Below are positions 1-13,009 of a stretch of DNA of 64,000 nucleotides, one piece after another (within the stretch, counting starts at the first letter, position 1; the number at the start of each line of letters is the position of its first letter). This stretch comes from Ylistrum balloti (lineage: Eukaryota): NCBI RefSeq assembly GCF_031769215.1, contig NW_026782182.1, positions 62,001 through 126,000 on the forward strand, in the 5' to 3' direction. The notes under the pieces are model-generated. The model searched no databases. It saw only the letters and a program-made list of their open reading frames with translations, and had not been told where the DNA came from. The position numbers and the translations under genes were made by a program.

Positions 1-772
1 GTTCAAAAGTTGCACTACTTCTTTGATTTTCTTTTCCCTGGTTGAAGTTTTGTTTATCCTGTCCACTTCCTAAGTCCTCACCTACAGTTATCATAACACT
101 GGACTGATTTGGTGTTAATCTAACTGGTCTCTGCTCTGTAAACTCTGATCTTTGCTCAGTGATGGAATTGCTAAGTGAACTCTTGTTTCTTTTCCTCATG
201 GAGCCTGCTTCACACTTCTCCCTTAAGGCTTGAATAGTGTTCCTCTGCCTTGTCTGATGAGCTGGCTCATATGTTCCCTTTGATCCTGCCACCAGATTTT
301 CCTCTGTGACACAAAAGTTTTCATTCGCATCCATCATATTTAGTTTTCTGTCCATCACACCTTCTGGCCAAAAACTGGTCTTTGTTGCTTGTTCAGAAAT
401 TTTGGATGCCTGTAAGTTTCCTACCTGTTCAGTAACTAATAACACTGAACCTTTAATCTGGTCATTGTTGTCCTCAGCTTGTTTAGAAGTGCCTCTTAGT
501 CTACATGTCCAGCCGACAAATCCAGTGTTGGGATCCCTACTACAATCTTGTCCATTGTGTTGTCCATTGTGTTGTCCATTGTGTTGTCCATTGTGTTGTC
601 CATTGTGTTGTCCATTGTGTTGTCCATTGTGTTGTCCATTGTGTTGTCCATTGTGTTGTCCATTGTGTTGGCCATTGTGTTGTCCATTGTGTTGTCCATT
701 GTGTTGTCCAGCCAGTCGTCTAGATCTTGTTTGACTCTTGCTTTGCCTCCGCACTTTCTTACAACTGGGACT
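1..772 (-). CDS. Gene A, coding exon 6 (partial; SPSCKKVRRQ...(GQHN)n...), running off the window edge
   Basis: Acceptor cttttcag|AGT at 772 (phase 0). Hand translation is stop-free to position 1 in the GQHN frame, which differs from the track ORF 496..801. Confidence 0.75.
549..710. repeat. 12-bp tandem repeat (tgtccattgtgt), about 13 copies, coding (GQHN)n in gene A
   Basis: Direct reading; lies inside the open frame of exon 6. Confidence 0.95.
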
Positions 773-1102
773 CTGAAAAGACAATTGTACACTAATGTCA
801 TTAAGCTTCATAAAGTCTGACAGTATAGATATAAACTTGGGAAAAGTTAAGATTATTGAAATAAGTTTGAGAAATACAGAATGTACAGCAATGTAATTTT
901 GAGATTCTATCAATTATATGCCCAATAAAAGACAATACATACCCATTAGATAAATGGCTGATATAGCATACAACAATGACATATATGTAGATATCTGATA
1001 CCTCAAGCAATCAAACAGGCACCAAACACTCTCACTACAGTCACCAAAAGTCAGCGGTTGACATTGGCACAAAAAATATCTCTACACTGACTCTGTACTT
1101 AC

Positions 1103-1204
1103 CATATCCTTAAAGCAGCAGAGAGGATTTCTACAGTTGTAACAGCCCTTCTTACTACACACACAGCTACGACATTTTCCCCGCGACCAACACTTACAGC
1201 AGTA
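1103..1204 (-). CDS. Gene A, coding exon 5: YCCKCWSRGKCRSCVCSKKGCYNCRNPLCCFKDM (Cys-rich, probable Zn cluster)
   Basis: Translated by hand: acceptor tttcag|TAC at 1204, donor ATG|GTAAGT at 1103. 102 nt, phase 0-0, 10 Cys in 34 codons. Absent from the ORF track. Confidence 0.8.
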
Positions 1205-1863
1205 CTGAAACAGGTAAGAATCATTTCTAACACAACTTTTCCTTCAAATACATATTCTTTCTACTTGGTATGCATGTTTTAAATGGCTCCTAGAACTAGA
1301 GTAAGTGATAAAACTATTGTTCTAACATTAATAAAAAGTAGTTGTAACTGTAACTAATGAATTGTCTGGTTTTTATTTTCAAGTAAAAAAAAGGTTTTTT
1401 AGTTGTAAGAAAATAAACGTATTCAATATAGTAGTTGTGCCTTCTTAAATAGTGAAATTCTAGAAGATAAAATCTTAAATGTAATATGTTTATGATTGTG
1501 TGTATCAATAGGAACTAAGGAGAACCAACTAAGAAATATGAAAAAGATTTATCCAATACATCAAGAAATACTACACACAAACTTTTACAGTCTAAATTCA
1601 AGAGGGCCACATGTTTGCCTCCTAGTTTGATCAGTCTCAAAATGAACTTTGCACAACTAGGGATCAAGGAGAATCTATTTAGGAATTTTAGGAAAGACCT
1701 ATCTAGTGCATCTCCAGAAATCGCAACAAGAAGAATTATTTATGAATGTATCGAAGGATAATGGACGAAGAATGAGTTGAGAAGCCCTCATCATCATCAC
1801 ATGGTGAGCTAAACATCGAATTTTTTTAGACATTTTAAGATCATGTGATAAAAGCATACTCAC

Positions 1864-4800
1864 ATTTACACATTCCACATTCCTTTGACAAGCTGATTTG
1901 TTCATGGACTGCCTTCTACTAAGACCCTGGGCAAATGCTAAACTTTTATCAGCAAAATCTACAAGATTTGTTTGTTCAAAGGATGTTGTTTCTGTGTATC
2001 CTGATTTTCTAGTATGGGCCTTTCCCATGTTACCAGTTTTTTCAGTTCTTTGTAAAATTTCTGGCCTTCCAGCTGTATGTAACATTTCCATGTCCATCAT
2101 TCCTTGTTGGGTAAAGACAGCTGCATTGATAGAGCCATCCAGGGCAGGTCCTTTATTCCTGTACTTGACTTGGCCAGTCTCATTGGAAAATCTAAATATA
2201 TTGGACTCATTGCCCTTGAACAAAAATTGCCCCCAGTTACCACCAAGTCCTCTTGGCTGTGAACCTGCACCATCAGGATGTCTAAACTGGTGAATATTTC
2301 CTGTGTCTCTACACTGAGGATATCCTGCTTTGTTAATACAGGCGTTTGACCATGTCGCTTGACTTCCACTGAAGGGGAACCGTTTCTTTTCTTCATAGGA
2401 CTCTCTAACAAAACTTTCTCCTTCATCATTATTCCTTCCTTCAGGAAATTTCATTTTCCCCAGCATGCCTACCCTGTTTGAATCTAAATTCTGAAAACCA
2501 ATATCTGTTGTCATAATTGAATCCCTGTTAAACTGTGTCTTCTTAGGGTCCATATAGGGTCTGAACAAGTCCTTGTGTGTAGGCATTGACATTGAATAAT
2601 CTGAAAGTCCTGATAGCTTTGTTCTGAAAGTATTGTCAGAATAAAAGGGCTGCTGAGAAGGAAGCCATAGAGAGGAATTAGCAGGCAGTGAAGATGAGTA
2701 AGCGTTTGATGTATTAAGCCTAGCATGTCTATGAGGCATAGCAGGGAAAGTCTGTGGAAGAGGATTTACATGGTAACCAGTACATGAAGTACCAGATTTT
2801 CCAGATGAAACATGGCAGTTTTCTGTTGTGGGTAAATTGTAAGATGTCATTTCATTATGGCTATCAAGAATTTGGCTGAGAACTTTATAGTTCTTCTTGG
2901 TCTTTGATTTTCGCTTTCTAGAAATGTTTTTATTGATGTCATCTTTCGTAGTTTGTATATTATTTTCCCCAAATGAGTTAAATACACAAGCTGGAAGTTG
3001 AACTGCTTTGGGAGATGCTGATGGATTAGTGCATACATTCCTTTCAGCAAAACCTCTTGGAACCTCATCTAGCACAGGCTGGTAAGCAGCAGAGTTCCTC
3101 CAAGTATCAGTAGGACCTGTAGGTCTAGGATTAGACAGAGTAGTATGTTGTGGCGGGTAGGCCAGACAGCCTGGCTTGGGTATAGCACGTTGACACAAAA
3201 GTTCTGGTATATTGTCAGGGAGCTGCAGATTTGTTAAAACTCCTTGCTTCATCGAAAAACTGGGGTTGAACTTTCCATTATTAAGCATTTCGTTTTCAGT
3301 TTCATAACTTGGCTGTATATTAAAAATAGAACTTTCAAATTCAGGCCTGAGTTTGCATACAGAATTTCCTAAATCAGGCTGACCATGAATGGATCTTGTT
3401 GGTGTTGTATAATTTACATTACAAGTCAAATCCAACGGTAAATCTTCCTGACTGAGTGCATCCCCAGCAGGGTTCAGACACATTTCCATTGAATCAACTG
3501 GATGGTTAGAATGTAATCTGTTAAAAACTCTCTGTTCTACATAGGGGTCCTCCTTACATGTATCATCTTCTAACACTGACTGAGCATACATCCTATGCAT
3601 CAACATCCTCTCGTGAGCATTAGGTCCAGTGTTTCTATCCATAGTAGAGTTAAAGGGGTCGTGGAATTTTCTCCATTCTTGGCTTTCATTCAAGGAGTTG
3701 GTACTTGCAAAATGTTTTTCACTTTCCAATAAATTCTTGCCCATTTTGCGACAGTTTGAATTTAGGAAATCATCATCCCCTACTGATCTACATTTGTCCT
3801 GAATTCTGTCCTCTAGGTGAGTGATCAGAGCGTCCCCCTCCTTTTCTTGTCTAGTATGCCTTGTTAGTAGTGGACAACAGGAATGAATCTTCTCACTAAT
3901 ATCTCCCTCCCAGCGGAGACAGGGCCACTCCGAATTGGTAGATGTATCACAATATCTGTCATTGTACCATGACTGAGTAGTAGCAGCATGTGGAAATATA
4001 CAGTTAGTGCTAGGATGCTGTTTTAAATCTTCACAGGAACTACGAACATCAAGTTGACAAATGACATCTGAGTTACTTAAACATGGCTCATTGTTATTCA
4101 AATCAAGACCAGTATGGTTGGAATTCATATCAAATTCCTTATATTCAGGACAAGACCTGGATCTGCCATTTGCATAATAGGTTCTTCCACTGTTATCATC
4201 TTGCCCCTGAAAATGATTTCTAGAGGAGTAGGCATTCACTCCAACCTCACTTCCAATGCTGGTAGTATCCTGATGAATTTGGATTCTAACCGAGGGCGAG
4301 ACTCGGGTGGCACCCACAGTGGGCCTGGAGAGTTTCTTTTGAAATTTGCTTTCTGCAGCAAAATTAGTACAAACATCATTGTCAGTTAACATGCCTGATG
4401 CATACCCAGGATTCTGTTCTCTAAGTACACCACTATTGCTTCTGTTTTGATCATTCCCAGGGAAAGGGTTACTGAAGTTTTGTGGTTTCATGGACAAATC
4501 CAACGGATCCAGATACAGATAATCGTCAGTAGTGGTATATTCATATTCACAATCAGTGAAGAACATTGTAGGGGAGTCTATTGGTGTGCAGTTGTTATTA
4601 TTTATATCTATCTTTTGTTTCTCTACATTATCAGCATCTTTGACGTCAGCAGTCTCATCCCATACCACTTCAGATCCATACCCTAAGAATGGCACTTTGT
4701 TCACTTCTTCACATTTCTCTGTCATGTGTGTTGATTCTATGTTCTGAAATGGAGTTTGTGTTGATGGAAAGTTATTACAAGTTTCCTTGACCTCTTGATT

Positions 4801-6024
4801 TCTATGTTTTGGTGACATTTCTTGGACTTGGACATTAACTGGTCCTGATACTTGTGACTTTTCTCCGACATTCAATGGTCTTGAAGTTGGAGATATTTCT
4901 AGGAAACATAGCTGTCCTGATGATGGTAATGTTCCTTGACTTTCTTGTATAGTTGTTTGTATCGTGGGACTATCTTCTTGTCGTCTCCTTGTATATGACC
5001 TTTCCTTGGCCACTTGATGTTGCATTGACTTTTTCTTGACCTCTCGTCCCTTTGACCTTTCCTTGATCTCTTTTGGTCTCAATCTATGTGAACTTTCCTT
5101 GGCCTCTTGTGGTTCCAATGTATGTGACCTTTCCTTTGCCTCTTCTGGTGTAAATGTATTTGACCTTTCCTTGACCTTTTGTGTTCTCATTGTGTGTAAC
5201 CTTTCCTTCACCTCTTGATGTCTCCATGTATGTGACCTTTCCTTGACCTCTTGTTGTCTCAATGTATGTGACCATTCCTTGACCTCTTGTGGTCTAAATG
5301 TATGTGACCTTTCCTTGACCTCTTGTTGTCTCAATGTATGTGACCTTTCCTGAACTGCCAGAGATACTGTTAATGGTTTACAGTTATTTTTCAGTCTTTC
5401 GATTTCTTTAACCTCTGATGATTCAAGAGAAGGTGAGATTTTGTGACTTGGTGACATTTCTATACTTGCCTGTGTTGATGCTATATTAGAGACAGGTTTC
5501 AGTGAGAGAGCTCTCATTGTCTTGACTTTTAAGGAATGGTGTGACTCCCTGGACATCTTATCAAACTGATGTGGAGACAATGGATTGATACTCAGTGTCT
5601 TATTATGCCTCAAATATGACTGACCACTGCATGAATTTCCATCAACATTCACGTTTTCTGTGAAAATATTTTCATCAATATTCTGCTGAATGTCTTCAAT
5701 GTCATTTTGAGGTTCAAGTTCAACATCTTCATCCCAGCTACCATCACTCACTGCTTGGTCGTGATGTTCAGACTGAATGACTTCTGTATATTTGTCCATG
5801 TCAAAGTCATCTGTGTACATTAAGTAGACATCCATCTCCTGTAGACTAGTGTCTTGCATACACATCAGGTACACTTCCATATTCTCCTCCTCTGATATAC
5901 ATACTTCTCTCACCCCTTGTATTCCAGACTGGTCAACACTGCTGTCACTGACAGACTGACTGGTGTATGTGGGAGTATCTTGTACATCAGATACAGTGCC
6001 AAGGGAAGACAATTCAGTGATCAC
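1864..6024 (-). CDS. Gene A, coding exon 4 (1,387 codons); disordered, with PLDLS/PLDLT motifs and a 12-aa repeat
   Basis: Acceptor ttacag|GTG at 6024 and donor AAT|GTGAGT at 1864, both phase 0. Lies within the 1441-aa ORF. Confidence 0.85.
5030..5350. repeat. 36-bp degenerate coding repeat (ERSHTLRQQEVK), about 9 copies
   Basis: Recurring tgtgacctttccttgacctcttg; the 12-aa periodicity is visible in the translation. Confidence 0.85.
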
Positions 6025-9000
6025 CTGTAACAGGAAAAATAATTTTTATTGAAGTTAATTTCAGTTTTTTTTTTTTTTGGTATTCCATATTAATTTAATT
6101 TTAGAAATTTTGTCTATTTATTTATTTTCTTTTTTTAATTTTTCTACACAACATTTCAACAACAAAATTTCTTCATTTCACATTGACAATATGATCTTTG
6201 ATTGAATAGACTAAACACTTCCTTGTGCTTCAATTTCCATAAAGTTTACAATTTCTCAAATCCAATCCAATTGTACCATGAATTTTAATTTTGGCTGATA
6301 AGCCATATTGACATGAACTTTCTTCTTTTAACCTCGTTGGTTTGGTTTGATGTTGTTTAATGTCCTTCAAACAGCTAGGGACATTTAAAGATGGCATCCC
6401 ATTGTGTGTGAACTGAGCTCATGTGTTGGATGTGCGTTTTTTTGGCACTGCACTGAAGTGTATTACTGTGTATGTTATATCTGAAGGCCTTTACTACAAT
6501 TTCAATGATGTGCTAACAAATGGACTAATGTGAAACAAAATGACCAAATTATCATACAGAAGAGTACTTACTATTAGAAAATTCTTGACAGCGACAATTA
6601 GATAATTTGTAATAACTAAGGCTTAATCACCAGCTAAAAAAGATGATATACAATTTCACTCTCATACAAGAATTTGTGTGACTATCACCTGTCATGTTTT
6701 GTTATTAAAATGATTTTTAATGTAACTGCAAAATACACCTATATTCTGATCCCCTCTTCCCCCCCCCACCACCCCACCCCACCCCTCAGGAAAATAAATA
6801 CTCTAAAATTGTCAAGTGAATTTTGTTTAATGACATGTAAGCACCATAAGCATGTTGTCATGTTTAAATATTGATACAATACATTAATCAATGAAATTTT
6901 TCATATTCTTTAATGTTCTACATGGAAACAAGGACATTTTCACTCTGTATTGCTTTTATAGAAGAGGGAGAGGATAATGTGATAACACACTACAGTATTT
7001 GTTTTGATATGACTTTAAACTTAATCTGAATAGAACAAGTCATTAAGATTGTGTAGTTATTTCTCAAAAGTCTTTTTCGCAAAAAAGTATGAAAAGAAAA
7101 CATCATATCATCAATTTGAAGGGTTTAAATGTTGAACTTCTGTGTAATCATATTCCAAGTATGAATGGATTAGCAAATGTCTTTTACAAGAAACAGTGTT
7201 AAACACAAGACTTTTTTGAGCAACTGATCTAAACCAAAAACCCTGAAGTAAAATGTTGACAATGCAACATCCTAATCTCACTTATGCGACTTTTCATCGC
7301 TGGCATGACCAAAAGAAAATTAGAAAATGTCTTAAAGATAAATGTGATCATGTCAATGTTTTATCTTAAATGGACTGAAAACCACATGAATATGGTAAGG
7401 TGTAGAACTAGATGTTATGACACCATGAATGGATGTGATTGGACAGACGGCCATGGGTAATACTATTATTTGCCTCCCTGCCCCACCTCTCTCCAAAACC
7501 CTACCAATTAAATGGTGGAGGAATAAAGGGAAACAATTCAGAAAAAATATTGAAATTATAAATCTTAAGTAAATCAGAAGAACAAGACTTTGTTAGGTCC
7601 CCCAAGTGATTAGTTACACATGCAAACATTAATGTGAAGGTAAGACATATGCAAAGTTTCATAAATGTTAGTTGTGTTCAAACATTCAAGTATATACACA
7701 TGCTACCTGTGACTTTGTAACAGGAACAATAAGTCGTGAGAAACAATTGACCATGTTGATTCCTAAAAAAATTCTTTGGGAAACTCAACTTAATATTAAA
7801 AAATATTCTTCACAATAAGATAATCTTTTTGAAATTTTGTTTACCGTGAACAGCAGATTTATACAATTACTGGTACTAAACATGAACTATCACAAGACAA
7901 TGTGGTATACTTAAATGTCTGTATTCATCACAACACAAAACACAGCTAGTATAAATTGCACTATACTTACCTTGTAATCATACAAGCAACACTGCCCTCT
8001 TCTTCACATTTTTAAAATGTTTAAAGTCAAGAAAATGATCGGCAACAGAAGAAAGCTTCAAAGTTAATGAAAGAATTAATTTCAGGAGTGTAGCATTTTT
8101 TTTTTTTAAACATTTTGGTTTAACTGCAGTGTCATCCTTAGTAGAGGCTAACAATTTTATAAAATTCTGCCTCAAAAGCCTACATAAGGTGCTTCAAATA
8201 AAATTTGAAGCTGCAATTATTTAGACCACTATGGTTAACTCTTTCTAAATAAAATTAAAAATCTATTTTTGAAACACAAAGTATAAGATAGCAATATCTA
8301 CATGTACAACAAATTTTAAAAGCAGTGTTTCAATTCCTTCAATCACACAATCTTCTCTATAAATTGCTGCAAAAAATAGAAATTATATTTTAACTCTGCA
8401 TAAAGGATGACACAAATTTAGATACCAGGTGATACAGGTCAATACTGTGGTATACAGTGACAGTGAAACCTCAGATACATAACTGAAAAGGACTGGAGGT
8501 AAAAAATGCTGAGGTAAACAGTGTTACAGGTGCAAAATACTGAACAATTTAACAAATGTGCATAATATGTAACAAAATTAGATCAACAGGGATTATATGT
8601 AGTCAAGTCCTAACCTTGTAAATTTACCTGTCCTTATAAACATTTCCCTCATATGTCGTCATAATTCAATTACTTGTTTGTTTAATTATATTACATGTTG
8701 ATCAAATATGTAACTTATCTTGCATTAGTACTAGTGCAGACATTGACTGAACAGATCTTGTCTCTGTTAAATCTCTCAATGTAAGTACAATCTGTCCAAA
8801 TGCAGACATAATATATGACAGTCCATCACTGTTTGATGTGCCTCAATATAAGTAACTGGGGTCATTTATGAGAGACCAACCCCTTCCTTATTACACAAGT
8901 CCATGCAAAGGAATTCTTGTCATACTGTAACTTTATTTGTGATAGATTATGCAAGAGTGTCTATTAGCTCAAAACTTTACGTAAAATAAACATTTTTAAT

Positions 9001-9284
9001 CAACTTGTAAGAGTAGGACTGAGATCAGAAAATCTCCACCCAGACTTCTTTGCCAAGCTGAAGATACTTCTTAAAACTTTACCAATGCAGAGTAATTTTT
9101 TCAAAACAGTTTCTGCTCAATCGTAGATATTTTTTCTCTGTTTGAAATTTCATTTCAACATGGAACATAAGATTCAATTTTTCGAAAAATGGCAAAAAAA
9201 GAGAAATTTTCCACTAGGAACACTTGGGAAGCCAGGAGGAATTTCACTGGACATAAGGAGATGTGTCCTAACTACATAACTAAC

Positions 9285-11672
9285 CTGTTGCCACTCCTCA
9301 TCACTGGAATCTGTAATATAGGTGGTGCTCTTCACATCCTCTACCTCCTCCACATCCTTAAGCTTTTTCTGGACATGTTCAAAGAAACCTGACAAGTCTG
9401 CATTGTCAAGTGCTTTAACTTGACAGGCCTTGATGCGAGAACTAGTACGAGTTCCAAGTTCTACAGCAGCATGCTTATCATTTTCTGAAGAATCAGTTTT
9501 AGTCTCATTGCTGTCTAAATTTGTATCTTCCACTTTACCCACTGAATTGTCATTAGTTGAATCTTTCATCCCAAACTGTTGGGTTTGCTTAGTAGCCATA
9601 TCAGCAGACACAACAGTGTTTTCTATAGACAAGTCTTTATTCACAACCTCAGAACTGGTCGCCTTCTTTTGTTCAAATTTCAGTCTTAGTTTAGCAACCT
9701 TACGGTTATATTCCCACTGTTTATTTTTAAGAAACTTCCTGCGTTTAATCAGTTTCTGCATTTTTTGGCCCTTTGTTGACAGATTACTATGCTGTTTCAC
9801 TCTTTCAGTCTTGTAAACAGCTTTACGCCTTTCTTTCTCTTTGATGGGCCCAAATGTATACTGGTTATCAACAGGGTTCACAGATTCCCAGACATCCTTG
9901 CATGCTTCGCCTGTGTTTACGCCAACAGACACTGTCTGTCGACCAGCCCACCTCCACATTGGTCGGAGTGTAGTGAGTGGATCTTTGGGTGCTTTATTCT
10001 CCAAATTGCTCAAGTCAACCTCTTCTACATCCATTAACAGGTCTGTATCTCCTGTATGACTTGATATTTTCACATCTGGACTTGTAAGACCTACACTGTT
10101 TTCAAGAATGTCCACAGAACCATCCTCAATGAATGATGAAGGTTTCTCTAGATTAGTGTTACTTTGTGTAGAAGCATCCCTCACCATCACAGCTATTCCA
10201 GTCTCATGTTTCTTAACATTTGATCTATCTCCCTTTGTTTGCGTGAAACTGTTACACATGAGTGGTTTGTTGTGGACTGGAGTCTCCTTGGCTTGAAGTG
10301 CTACATCAGGTAGCTGTAAAGAAGGGGATGCTGGAGTAGGTGTCTTGGAACAGGAAGTGTCTGTAATATTTTGCTTACTCTGACGTCTAGATGAGATAAA
10401 TCTGTAGATAACTGTGTTGAGTGGTTTCCCATCTTTTTCCTCTCCGACTATGTTTTTCACCACAACCATATCTGTATTTTCATTTTTTTCTTCTATTTGT
10501 GGCGGTTGCGACTGAATTTTCTCTGGAAGCTGAATTTTCTTCAGCATCTCAAGATTCTTTCTAATTATACCATCAATTTGTTCATCCACAGGAATTTTTT
10601 TTTTCCATTTATCTGTCTTTTGTTTTTTCTTAGAACCTGAATTTTTTGATCTGTAGATAATCCTAGGGAGTGTTTTTTTTGTCGTCATTTCTTCACCTGT
10701 AGTTGGCATTAGAACCATAGTGGTTTTTCCAGTTTCTTCATCAATTTTTTCACACCAATGAGGTCCCATCACTTGATTCTGGGAGGGAAACAGTTTCTGT
10801 GTTAAGTTAGACCCTCTTTTTCTCATAGTAGGAAGTTGATTTTTCTTCATCAGTTCAAGATTTTTTTCGATGATACTATCAATTTTCTTTAGCATGAGGT
10901 TTTTCTCATCCTGATCCTCCTCTTGATTGAAAGTACATGTATTGTCAGCAAGCATCTCATTTTTATGATTTAGAATAGATGACAGATTTTTCTGTTCATG
11001 ATCCTCCTCATTATCAGAAGTATATGTATCGTCAGCAACAGCGTGTCTATGACTTGGAACAGATGACAATGGAATTTCTTTGCCTTCACAGAGTGCCATA
11101 TTTGGTGTTTTCTGAAGTTTACACAGCTTTAGATTACCGGGTAGCAATAGAGTTTGGGGGGCATTTTTTACACTGTCCAGTTTTATTACTTTAACAATCC
11201 TTTGATCACTGCTACCAGTACCACTAATCGGAATAGTAGAGTGGTCTCCCTTTGGTACAGCATACCATATTTTCTGACCTCTCTCTAGATTAATGGACGG
11301 TCCTTCTAACATGTCAGTAGTCACACTCTTCAAAATCTTGGTTGTACTACCTACCTGTTGATGCGAATTGGTCAAAATTACGGTCCCCATTCCTGGTCTT
11401 GGTGTCCCAGAATTGATAACCTCATTTCGGATTAGTTTCACTGGAACTGGAATAGTGGTTTCAATTGAACTTTCCATAAGATTATTTTCATCTGGTTCCT
11501 TTTTCATCCATGATGTAGCTTCTGTCTCCATTAATTTAATACCAGCATTCCCTTGATCCTGGTCAGTGGATTCTATTGGTTCAGTCTTCACCAGGGATAA
11601 GTCAACTTGTTCATGGCTCGTAAGGCTCCCCACTGCATTGACAGCTGAACTAGAACTTAAATTGTAGGACAC
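9285..11672 (-). CDS. Gene A, coding exon 3 (796 codons); low-complexity, with a predicted coiled coil near its end
   Basis: Acceptor tttttttttcag|GTG at 11672 and donor CAG|GTTAGT at 9285, both phase 0. Lies within the 832-aa ORF. Confidence 0.85.
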
Positions 11673-12579
11673 CTGAAAAAAAAAAATGGGATTCCAATTT
11701 AAGAATTACAGCACAAATCACTTTTCATGTTATACGATATCCAGGTTTCAAGGTAAAGGAAAGAGCAATTAAGAATTGTATGAATCAAAAAGCTACACAA
11801 AGTTTGAATTCCAATGTGATTACATTTGACCTAACAACTTGAGAATAGTGTGTGTATCATTTCCTGAAAGTAAATACACTGACTGATTTATTTTATTCTG
11901 GTAGATATATCAATTAAGGAAATGTCAGCATTTAAGGGGATTCTAAAGGTATGATTTTAATCTTTTGCAATCACAATATTCAACATATTTTTTTATGATT
12001 TTACAGCTTTCAGAAGTACGCCCTACACATAATAACATTATAGATGAAGTTCAAACCTTCATTTATGTGGTCACTACACATTTATCTCTAAAATTGGATC
12101 AAAAGTGAAAGAGCTGTACAGACATGATTTGGTTAAGGTTGTAACAAAAGCACCACTCACAAAAAAAGTTGTTCTTTAAACATCATTGCAGAATATTTGG
12201 ATGAAAACAACAGAATTTATCCAGAGGCAATTTTTTCAAGGTCAGAAAAATGCACCCATTTCTAATCAAGTTTCAATGTCAATGTTTTCATTAAACAAAG
12301 CTGTTAAAAGTCCATGCCTAGCATTAAGTCCATCCATTTCTATTCCTGCTCAAAATATATCAACTAGATATGTTATTTCACCATCATGTAATGAACCCAC
12401 ACCTGATTTTTTATAAAGCAATGCTGTGGTGGTCCAATGGGCTTGTTGCAGAATGAAAATAGCAAACAGTGTATTATAAAATATATCAAAAGCAGTATAT
12501 ATACCACAATATACCAATGTTAAATTGTAAACATGCATTTACTAACCTGACCAATGATAAATTGGAAACATTTACTAAC

Positions 12580-12896
12580 CTGGTCTTCTGGTCTCATGTC
12601 GTTGTCAACCTCACTATATACTGGAGAAAAGCACTGAGAATGGGAGACTACTCTACATTTGCTGATCAATTTTTCAGATCCCTCCTCTAATTTTTTTCTT
12701 TTCTTTGGAGAACTAAGAGCAAATTTCCTAGATCTTTTCTTGAATTTTCCTCTTTTAGTCCCTGGAACTAGTACTTGTTTATCTAAGTTAGTGTCCTCGT
12801 GATCCCTTGGTTCTGTCAATACTCTTGTTTTCCTTCCCAGAACAGAATCTTGGTTAATAATTCTTCCGTGTATATGCTCATGGCCTTTTCTAATAT
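12580..12896 (-). CDS. Gene A, coding exon 2 (DIRKGHEH...SPKKRKK...RPEDQ); basic, NLS-like
   Basis: Acceptor tttttatgtag|AT (phase 1), 317 nt open, donor CAG|GTTAGT (phase 0). Phases fit both neighbouring exons. Confidence 0.8.
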
Positions 12897-13009
12897 CTAC
12901 ATAAAAACATAATGAAAAAAATAATTAGTGTAAAATGAAACATGAGGCCAGGTTTAGTTTAGTCACAATTGTTTGATCAATACAGAAGGGGAAAATTTTT
13001 AGATATTTA

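Noticed and set aside
306-820. Track ORFs with CPLC, MDNT, HCVV and SIVL repeats
   Set aside because: Alternative frames of the 12-bp repeat. Only the GQHN frame fits the splice phase and stays open to the window edge.
1699-1863. C-terminal 54 aa of the 1441-aa ORF as a protein end
   Set aside because: A GTGAGT donor at 1863 and phase-matched downstream exons indicate read-through into an intron. A retained-intron short isoform cannot be excluded.
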